The position numbers and the translations under genes were made by a program. 7,046 nucleotides of DNA from a virus (Duplodnaviria > Heunggongvirae > Uroviricota > Caudoviricetes): positions 1-7,046 of the IMG/VR virus record IMGVR_UViG_2619619133_000005; one strand, 5' to 3'. Within the stretch, counting starts at the first letter, position 1. Every line of letters begins with the position of its first letter. Shown one piece after another: positions 1 to 5,888 of the stretch. The notes below the pieces were generated by a model. The model was not told where the DNA came from. It saw only the letters and a list, made by a program, of their open reading frames with translations, and did no database searches.

Positions 1-537
1 ATGGAACCCCTTCGTGAAATAAGAAATCGGCTGCTTAACGGCTGGCAATTATCAAAAATGCATACTTTTGAAGTGGCTGCCAGGCATCAGTCCTTCGCCC
101 TGGCGGCAGAGGAATTGTCGCTGAGCCCCAGTGCGGTAAGTCACCGTATCAATCAGCTGGAAGAAGAATTGGGCATTCAGTTGTTTGTTCGTTCCCATCG
201 CAAAGTGGAATTAACGCACGAGGGGAAACGTGTTTATTGGGCGCTAAAATCGTCGCTGGATACCCTGAACCAGGAAATTCTTGATATCAAAAATCAGGAG
301 TTATCGGGAACGTTAACTCTGTATTCCCGGCCCTCTATCGCCCAATGCTGGTTGGTGCCCGCATTAGGTGACTTTACACGCCGGTATCTAACAGTAAAAG
401 CCGCCGGGGTATGGGCGGGGGGCATTGAAACACCTTCGGTGGAAACTCCATCGGAAGGCTCTAAATTTTTTGGTTTTGACATGGATAACGAATTCATCAG
501 TGGTTTTGATGTAGGGGCATGGGGAGTATTACTCTGA
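1..537 (+). pseudogene. dsdC: LysR-family transcriptional regulator, N-terminal fragment (DsdC-like D-serine deaminase activator), fused to phage-derived sequence
   Basis: The ORF begins at nt 1 and carries a typical LysR HTH (…HTFEVAARHQSFALAAEELSLSPSAVSHRINQLEEELGIQLFVRSHRKVELT…) plus the start of an effector domain (…LTLYSRPSIAQCWLVPALGDFTRRY). It is only 178 aa against roughly 300 for a LysR protein, and the last ~50 codons (LTVKAAGVWAGG…) do not look LysR-like. The junction is therefore near nt ~380. The dsdC name rests on my recollection of the protein and on its position near a P4-type integrase; it is unverified. Confidence 0.6.
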
Positions 538-1265
538 TGGCGAAAAATGACTTTAAAGCGTTTGCAACTGATCGAAATGCCAATGTTATGTCGCAGGAGG
601 AATGGGAAGCGTTGCCTGCGCTTATATCCGGATTTACAGCAGGGAAAGCATCCAGTGCGCAAGTCAATAAGGTTATTCGGCAGGCCAGCTTTATTGCTGC
701 AGCTCTGGCCCAGTTTGTAAGTGATAAAACGCAACGGGATGTGCTTGATAATGGTGATCTGCCCGGTTTTGTTGAATTGCTGGGATCGGGGTTTGCTGTT
801 GAATACCTGAGCCGCAAGAATCCGTTTGGTGATATCAAATCGGATGGCACGGTGAAAACAGCTCTCGAAAACCTTGGTTTGGGAGAAGCGGCAACGAGGA
901 ACGTCGGAACGGATACCGGGCAAGTACCAGATATGAGTAGTTTTACAACGGGGCACTCTGGAGCAGCAGACTGGCCGATTCCTAAATCTGGATGGAGTAA
1001 GGGGCCGGATGGGGTAATTACACAATGGGGTATTTTCGGTTTCCCCGTTGGACAGACAGGGACGAATGTTGTTTTCCCGCTACCTTTCCCCGCGCGGGTC
1101 GAATCAATTACACTGACAATGGCAGATATCCAGGAGTCTCTGCTTTCTCCAGCAACCATGCCTGCTTATGGAGTTAACTCAACTGGTACTTCAAGAACGG
1201 GTTTTACAGCCCGTATGTCAGGCGCCGGTGGGTTTAATCTTTGCTATATAGCGAAAGGGAGATAA
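519..1265 (+). CDS. Phage tail fibre protein, C-terminal portion (short constant region plus variable cassette A)
   Basis: 248-aa ORF whose frame is open from nt 510. It contains the left crossover site inside the codons for ALENLGLGE. Its stop (1263-1265) is followed 4 nt later by a tail-fibre-assembly gene with a GGGAGA ribosome-binding site. No further fibre N-terminus or other structural genes lie upstream. Confidence 0.6.
   Translation: MGSITLMAKNDFKAFATDRNANVMSQEEWEALPALISGFTAGKASSAQVNKVIRQASFIAAALAQFVSDKTQRDVLDNGDLPGFVELLGSGFAVEYLSRKNPFGDIKSDGTVKTALENLGLGEAATRNVGTDTGQVPDMSSFTTGHSGAADWPIPKSGWSKGPDGVITQWGIFGFPVGQTGTNVVFPLPFPARVESITLTMADIQESLLSPATMPAYGVNSTGTSRTGFTARMSGAGGFNLCYIAKGR
862..887. 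repeat. Left 26-bp crossover site for a Pin/Gin/Hin-family invertase (gix/hix/pix-like)
   Basis: CTCTCGAAAACC-TT-GGTTTGGGAGAA has the 12-2-12 architecture and AAACC/GGTTT half-site cores typical of gix/hix sites. Its inner half is a perfect inverted repeat of the inner half of the right site at 2740-2765. Confidence 0.6.
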
Positions 1266-1269
1266 CAGA

Positions 1270-1713
1270 ATGAATAAAGTTAAAAGTGTTTACAGCCCGT
1301 CCGAAAATGCAATCTACAACGCAGCGCTATATGAAAGTTATATCAAGGAGGGGACATGGCCGCAGGATGGTATTGAAATCAGCGATGAGGATGCTGTCAG
1401 ATTTAATGGGGGAAATAAGCCAACAGGAAAAATGCTGGGAATGGTTTCAGGGACCCTTGCATGGGTTGATGAGCCGCCGCTTTCACCAGAACAGAAAATA
1501 TCAGATGCAGAAAACATGAAAGCCACATTTCGTGCAAAAGCTGACAGTGAAATATCCTGGCGTCAGGATGCTGTTGATGCTGGTATCGCAACTGATGAAG
1601 AAACTTCAACTCTCACCCAATGGAAGAAATACCGTGTGCTGCTGATGCGTGTTGATACGTCAACAGCACCCGATATTGAATGGCCTACGCCTCCGGCAGC
1701 TCAGGCCAGATGA
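1270..1713 (+). CDS. Tail fibre assembly (chaperone) protein, cognate to cassette A
   Basis: 147 aa, ATG 4 nt after the fibre stop codon, with a GGGAGA ribosome-binding site. The C-terminus (…DTSTAPDIEWPTPP…) is of the type seen in Tfa/Mu U/P2 G chaperones. Confidence 0.7.
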   Translation: MNKVKSVYSPSENAIYNAALYESYIKEGTWPQDGIEISDEDAVRFNGGNKPTGKMLGMVSGTLAWVDEPPLSPEQKISDAENMKATFRAKADSEISWRQDAVDAGIATDEETSTLTQWKKYRVLLMRVDTSTAPDIEWPTPPAAQAR

Positions 1714-2287
1714 CATCAGGCGCGGTGCTGGTATCTGTTGCCGTCACCGCGTCAATGTAATCCAGCACGACGTTAAGTCGGGTTGTTTCTGCCTGCGTCA
1801 GTTTCCGCCCGGCCTGTAATTTCAGCTGAATCAGACTAATGGAAGCCATTGCTGCATCAATCAGTGACTGGCGCTGTGCTTCTGCCGCGTCTACTGCGGC
1901 ACTGTGTTGTGCCTCAGTGTCTGTCACCCATTTCTCACCATCCCATTTATCGTATGGCGTTAACGGGGCGATAGTGGTTGTATTTTCGGGGTAATCACCC
2001 GGAGTTGTGATTTCTTTGGCGTCTCCCGTTTCGGTGTTATAGACGATTTCACCGCGATGGTCTGGCACATATTCCCATGAGTTTAAATCTGCCGAACGGC
2101 AGATTGCATAACCAGCCTTATGTATACCAGGTTCATCCAGACAGGAATATGCCGGGATACCAACACCAACGGCAAGATATTCATTTGAAGTGGAAATATA
2201 TTCCCGAGTTTCACCATCATAGCTATAGACGGTAATATTCCCCGCCTTCGTGGCAATAAGCTCGCTATTTAATACAGCGTTATCCAT
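1685..2287 (-). CDS. Tail fibre assembly (chaperone) protein, cognate to cassette B
   Basis: 200 aa on the minus strand with the same C-terminal motif (…DTSTAPDVIWPELPEA). Its ATG overlaps the stop of the upstream cassette-B ORF by 1 nt (TAATG), suggesting translational coupling. Its 3' end overlaps the converging tfa gene by 29 nt. Confidence 0.7.
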   Translation of the reverse strand: MDNAVLNSELIATKAGNITVYSYDGETREYISTSNEYLAVGVGIPAYSCLDEPGIHKAGYAICRSADLNSWEYVPDHRGEIVYNTETGDAKEITTPGDYPENTTTIAPLTPYDKWDGEKWVTDTEAQHSAAVDAAEAQRQSLIDAAMASISLIQLKLQAGRKLTQAETTRLNVVLDYIDAVTATDTSTAPDVIWPELPEA

Positions 2288-2793
2288 TATGCAGCCCTCA
2301 CGATAAAGTTAAATGCAATATTTCGCGCACGTGTTTCCGTTGATGTTCTGGCAACACGTGATGCATCAAAATAATAATTCGCCTGTTTATATGTACCACC
2401 TGTCGCAATTGATGCGAGATTTGGTGTCAATGTTGAAGAGGTAAATGCGCCGACAGTATTATTATTTGGCCCCGTGGTCATATCCAAAAAGCTACCTGTA
2501 ATATTTTGCAGCGTATCGCTCTGAGCACTCAATAACGCTCGCCCACTGTCCACTCCACGCCCATCATCCCAGCCACGAATAAACTCACCACGTAAATCAG
2601 GCAATTTATTTGTCGGGTAAGCCTTTGCCAGCTCCGGGTATTCTTCAGCAGAAAAAGCTGCACCATTGCATTTCAACCAGCCTGTCGGTGGTGTAGCTGA
2701 AGGCCACGGAACAGGCACACCAACCGGTAATGCAGAGCCTTCTCCCAAACCAACGTTTATGAAAATGCAGAAATAACGATCAAATGGCATCAT
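2287..2793 (-). CDS. Alternative tail-fibre C-terminal variable cassette B (silent in this orientation)
   Basis: The minus-strand ORF encodes …INVGLGEGSALPVGVPVPWPSATPPTGW…NIAFNFIVRAA, a typical fibre distal-tip sequence. The GLGE codons coincide with the right crossover site, so genuine coding is about 2290-2753. The leading MMPFDRYFCIF… is read-through of sequence outside the segment and has no convincing start signal. Confidence 0.55.
   Translation of the reverse strand: MMPFDRYFCIFINVGLGEGSALPVGVPVPWPSATPPTGWLKCNGAAFSAEEYPELAKAYPTNKLPDLRGEFIRGWDDGRGVDSGRALLSAQSDTLQNITGSFLDMTTGPNNNTVGAFTSSTLTPNLASIATGGTYKQANYYFDASRVARTSTETRARNIAFNFIVRAA
2740..2765. repeat. Right 26-bp crossover site for the invertase
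   Basis: TTCTCCCAAACC-AA-CGTTTATGAAAA. Its reverse complement shares 19 of the 20 inner positions with the left site. It sits about 55 bp upstream of the invertase start codon. Confidence 0.6.
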
Positions 2794-2819
2794 TCCTGCT
2801 TTTGTCAGGGAGATCTACC

Positions 2820-3374
2820 ATGCTTATTGGCTATGTACGTGTGTCAACAAATGACCAGAACACAGATCTACAACGTAATGCGCTGAACTGTGCAGGATGC
2901 GAGCTTATTTTTGAAGACAAGATAAGCGGTACAAAGTCCGAAAGGCCGGGACTGAAAAAACTGCTCAGGACATTATCGGCAGGTGACACTCTGGTCGTCT
3001 GGAAGCTGGATCGGCTGGGGCGTAGTATGCGGCATCTTGTCGTGCTGGTGGAGGAGTTGCGCGAACGAGGCATCAACTTTCGTAGTCTGACGGATTCAAT
3101 TGATACCAGCACACCAATGGGACGCTTTTTCTTTCATGTGATGGGTGCCCTGGCTGAAATGGAGCGTGAACTGATTGTTGAACGAACAAAAGTTGGACTG
3201 GAAGCTGCTCGCGCACAGGGACGAATTGGTGGACGTCGCCCCAAACTTACACCAGAACAATGGGAGCAGGCCGGACGATTAATTGCAGCAGGAATTCCTC
3301 GCCAGAAGGTAGCGATCATCTATGATATTGGTGTATCGACTTTGTATAAGAGGTTTCCAGCCAGGATTATATAA
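2820..3374 (+). CDS. pin: Site-specific DNA invertase, serine recombinase of the Pin/Gin/Hin/Cin family
   Basis: 184 aa starting MLIGYVRVSTNDQNTDLQRNAL…, carrying the catalytic Ser of the resolvase/invertase N-terminal domain and a C-terminal HTH (…GIPRQKVAIIYDIGVSTLYKRFP). A GGGAG ribosome-binding site lies 7 nt upstream of the ATG at 2820. The ORF-track start at 2784 is an artefactual 12-codon extension. Confidence 0.9.
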   Translation: MLIGYVRVSTNDQNTDLQRNALNCAGCELIFEDKISGTKSERPGLKKLLRTLSAGDTLVVWKLDRLGRSMRHLVVLVEELRERGINFRSLTDSIDTSTPMGRFFFHVMGALAEMERELIVERTKVGLEAARAQGRIGGRRPKLTPEQWEQAGRLIAAGIPRQKVAIIYDIGVSTLYKRFPARII

Positions 3375-3411
3375 AACCGCAGACACGCCGTATGCAAGAC
3401 GTGCTGCGGTT
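3375..3411. terminator. Candidate stem-loop terminator between the convergent pin and cargo genes
   Basis: An imperfect ~12-bp stem (AACCGCAGACACG … CGTGCTGCGGTT) starts 1 nt after the pin stop codon. The minus-strand side is followed by a U-rich run (UUUAUAUAAU); the plus-strand side is only weakly U-rich. Confidence 0.3.
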
Positions 3412-3570
3412 GGCTGATGCACTTTCGAGAGTGTATGTATTGAATTATTTCCAGCCGTTACTGATTTTACGTATTTTTTGTATGAGAGGAGTTGCACCAC
3501 CTCTTAAGCATAATTTGTTAGAATCATGGCAGCACAATAGCCATATATCCAATATAAAATACTTAACCTT

Positions 3571-4470
3571 CTAATCATTATGGAGTATTTGATCGCCGTA
3601 TGGCCAGCCATTTTCCCCAGGAAGGGTCATACCTAACATTGGCATAATACTAAGTTGTCCAATGGTAAATCCTAGAGCACTTGTATTACTGATTCCGGCA
3701 TAGGTCATATCAAGGGGGTTAGACTCTGAGCTGGACATAAAAAGATTTCTTGTGCCAATTCTATTCGCCATTGAGAACTGAATATGCCCACCAATTGTAT
3801 TTACGGTGTCCTGAGATATCCAGTTGTTTAACGCGATAAATGGCGCCCGCCACCAGTTAAGCGTGCCATTCTCAAAACGCCCCCTCGTCATCTCAATATC
3901 TTCCCGAAACTGCTGCTTTCTGTCTCCCAAGACTACCGGGGTACCTGTTGTCAGGTCAAGGCAGTCCTCAATTACAAGATTAGTGGGGTTTGATGGGGTG
4001 TTGTAGATCTTAATGATTTTATGTACCTGTGTTCTGAAACAGAATCCGTAAATAATCATCTCCGTTGCTACAGAACGGGGAAAAAACTGGCCAATATCCA
4101 GTATAAATTTTTCCGCGATTCCCTTTGTTAAAACTGCAATTTCATAAAGACTCGGGTAACTATCATAAGTCAACTCCGGCTGCTGAACATCATAATAATT
4201 AACTTCATGTAATGAAGATAATGATACGGCAAGTAACTCCTTCACATTTATACCGATCATTGTTCCTCCTGCAAAGCCGAAACCAAACTCCATAATTTTT
4301 TCCGGAGATAGACGGTATATGTCATTGGAGCGAATAACTGATACCGGAATCGAGAATAGTTTAGGACAGTGATTTGTCATTACACTTTCATGCTGGGTGA
4401 TTCTTGAGTCGCTTACGGCCCAGATACTTTCCCCTTCTTCCCTGTTTAGCCAGCAGGCTATTGCTGTCAT
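3571..4470 (-). CDS. Hypothetical cargo protein, 299 aa, with possible N-terminal-nucleophile (HslV/proteasome-beta-like) hydrolase motifs
   Basis: The start is set at the internal Met (MTAIACWLN…) because a GGGGG ribosome-binding site lies 6 nt upstream; the ORF-track start at 4608 is a 46-codon extension. Motifs seen by eye against my recollection of HslV: Thr directly after Met, AVSDSRIT (HslV IAGDGQAT), SVM…K with Asp-to-Lys spacing of 16, GFAGGT (identical to HslV), and TTGTPVV (HslV ITGNGDVV). The protein has large insertions relative to HslV. Confidence 0.6.
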   Translation of the reverse strand: MTAIACWLNREEGESIWAVSDSRITQHESVMTNHCPKLFSIPVSVIRSNDIYRLSPEKIMEFGFGFAGGTMIGINVKELLAVSLSSLHEVNYYDVQQPELTYDSYPSLYEIAVLTKGIAEKFILDIGQFFPRSVATEMIIYGFCFRTQVHKIIKIYNTPSNPTNLVIEDCLDLTTGTPVVLGDRKQQFREDIEMTRGRFENGTLNWWRAPFIALNNWISQDTVNTIGGHIQFSMANRIGTRNLFMSSSESNPLDMTYAGISNTSALGFTIGQLSIMPMLGMTLPGENGWPYGDQILHND

Positions 4471-4871
4471 TGAAAACCCCCTTTTAAGTAAAAAAATCAG
4501 ATTCAGATAGTGCATACATAATTTAGTCAAGTCATCTCTTTTAAGACGCATTGAGAAATGGTTGCTCAAGGTGCGCCAGTGAACGCGCACGAAAATAACT
4601 TCTTGCATTTCCCATTACACTCTGACTTTAGGGCCGCGTTAGATTTTAACATGGTGGCCGTGCATCCATTTAAATTGGTAATCTGGAGAATGAGTAACGC
4701 TGAATAGATTAACAATCTATGCGACTAACGGCCCTTAAAAGCGCAGCTCATAACATCGAATTTTACCAGTTTAGTCATTTTTAAAAAGTGCCCGAAAAAT
4801 GTTGTCCACGATTTGTGCTCTACGTCCCATCTTGACCTACTCCCTGATAATTCACTCAGAAGGCGGTTAGC

Positions 4872-4901
4872 AATGTCCGTTAAGTGCTCACAACGGACAT
4901 T
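4872..4901. promoter_or_regulatory. Perfect 10-bp inverted repeat with 10-nt spacer (AATGTCCGTT-N10-AACGGACATT) in the long intergenic region
   Basis: Seen directly in the sequence. It has no U-tract on either strand, so it is not a canonical intrinsic terminator. It may be a protein-binding palindrome or an RNA stem. Confidence 0.25.
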
Positions 4902-4951
4902 CAGCCCACTAAATCCGACCGTGTCGCTCAATATGCGGACAGGTTGTAGTG

Positions 4952-5554
4952 CTAACTGCATTGTAGCTGTGAGATTTCACCATCGATGGCTTCTATAACC
5001 TGTTTATAGCGGAGCATGACCTCATCATGAATCATCATTAATCCGCGGCCGTACTCTGTGGCTAGGATTGTGTATCTTTTCAGGTGTGCAAGATGTTCTT
5101 TGTTGCCAGTAATGTCACTTGCAACCTGCGTGGAGTCCAGCCGTTCGATAAGCGCATTATTGCCGCGATAGGAATCAATTAGGCTTCTTGCGCTTGTATA
5201 AAAAGCCACAATTTTTGAGAGTGTTTCTCTATGAACTTCAGGTAGGGATGCCGAGTTGGCTTCATAGAACGTGAAGTAGTTTTGAGTAATGGGGAAAATG
5301 TTATCGAACGGTGAGTTCCGGTCGTATTTTTCGATTTCTTCTGCCATTCTGGCCTGATACAGTTTAATCAGTGAGTCTATTTCCTCTCTGACACCCAATA
5401 GCGTTGTTATACGCTTCTCTCTGGCCGCTGTTGCCTGCTGTTTTGCCTGCTGTTTCACCTGAGTTGTCACTCCTATCATCGTGAAACAGCCACCTAAAAG
5501 AGCTGCTAAAAATGCGGAGATGAGATCTGAATATTCGTGCCAGAAGGTTAGCAT
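4952..5554 (-). CDS. Hypothetical cargo protein, 200 aa, with one N-terminal transmembrane helix and a helical, charged soluble domain
   Basis: The ORF has a hydrophobic N-terminal segment (DLISAFLAALLGGCFTMIGVTT), then a Q/K-rich linker and a helical-looking domain. It sits on the same strand as, and upstream of, the HslV-like gene. The ribosome-binding site is weak (GGAA). Confidence 0.55.
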   Translation of the reverse strand: MLTFWHEYSDLISAFLAALLGGCFTMIGVTTQVKQQAKQQATAAREKRITTLLGVREEIDSLIKLYQARMAEEIEKYDRNSPFDNIFPITQNYFTFYEANSASLPEVHRETLSKIVAFYTSARSLIDSYRGNNALIERLDSTQVASDITGNKEHLAHLKRYTILATEYGRGLMMIHDEVMLRYKQVIEAIDGEISQLQCS

Positions 5555-5570
5555 GGCGAAAATTCCATTG

Positions 5571-5593
5571 GGTTAAATTATGTCTATTTAACC
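5571..5593. promoter_or_regulatory. Operator-like palindrome (GGTTAAAT-N7-ATTTAACC) 17-40 bp upstream of the membrane-protein gene start
   Basis: A perfect 8-bp inverted repeat seen directly, overlapped by a second partial palindrome (AATTATGT/ACATAATg). Its position suits a repressor-binding site in the promoter region of the cargo gene. Confidence 0.25.
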
Positions 5594-5888
5594 ACATAAT
5601 GATACGAAGATACCTTCCAAAATGTTGCTATGACCCCATCTGTTGTTGCCTGGCTGGTGACGTGTCTGGGTATTAGCACCGTGCTCTCTCATTATCTAAG
5701 TCTGGGCCAATCCTCGTTCATAACAGGCATTCACTTCAGTCATGGCAGAAAGGTATGCATGCTGGAGAAGTCATGAAAGAAAAGAAGACTTCTGCCTCGT
5801 TTGTCATCACTGTTATCTTCTCATTGATTATGCAGGTCATAGTGGGGACACACAAAGCTTTGTACTATCCGATAGTGGTTAAGGTGGA

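Larger units (their letters stand above)
874..2753. mobile_element. Invertible DNA segment (~1.9 kb) carrying two alternative tail-fibre C-terminal cassettes and their two chaperone genes
   Basis: The segment is bounded by inverted 26-bp crossover sites with central dinucleotides TT (left) and AA (right), which are compatible for inversion. A serine invertase gene lies immediately outside. Gene content mirrors the Mu G-segment and e14 P-segment arrangement. Confidence 0.55.

Noticed and set aside
294-1159. Two long minus-strand ORFs (294-1025 and 497-1159) antisense to the dsdC-like and tail-fibre ORFs
   Set aside because: They lie entirely opposite better-supported coding frames. Their translations are Arg/Ser/Pro/Cys-rich, low-complexity and show no recognisable domain, which is typical of shadow ORFs.
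1286-1609. Three short ORFs (1286-1519 +, 1338-1526 -, 1403-1609 -) inside the first tail-fibre-assembly gene
   Set aside because: They are embedded in or antisense to a well-supported Tfa gene and lack start signals and any domain-like sequence.
2784-2819. Upstream ATG at 2784 as the invertase start (ORF-track coordinates)
   Set aside because: The invertase family begins at the conserved MLIGYVRVS, and a GGGAG ribosome-binding site is positioned for the ATG at 2820. The 12-codon extension overlaps the crossover-site region.
2831-3500. Minus-strand ORFs 2831-3112, 3134-3319 and 3279-3500 overlapping pin
   Set aside because: They are antisense to the clearly recognisable invertase gene and have low-complexity, Arg/Ser-rich translations.
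3392-4006. Small plus-strand ORFs 3392-3574 and 3824-4006
   Set aside because: The first lies in the convergent intergenic region and overlaps the stop codon of the cargo gene; the second is antisense inside the cargo gene. Neither has a ribosome-binding site or domain-like sequence.
4471-4608. The 46-codon N-terminal extension of the HslV-like ORF (ORF-track start at 4608)
   Set aside because: There is no ribosome-binding site at 4608, while the internal ATG at 4470 has a strong GGGGG one and places Thr directly after Met, as in Ntn hydrolases.
4872-4901. The perfect 10-bp palindrome as a Rho-independent terminator for the membrane-protein gene
   Set aside because: There is no U-tract after the stem on either strand, so a protein-binding or RNA-structural role is more plausible.
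4725-4998. Intergenic ORFs 4725-4961 (-, 78 aa) and 4813-4998 (+, 61 aa) as protein-coding genes
   Set aside because: They are mutually antisense, have no convincing Shine-Dalgarno sequence, and span a perfect palindrome. The region is more likely noncoding and regulatory; it is kept as a finding rather than a CDS.
5364-5597. ORF 5364-5597 (-, 77 aa)
   Set aside because: It is an out-of-frame overlap with the 5' end of the membrane-protein gene, with an Arg/Asn-rich low-complexity translation.
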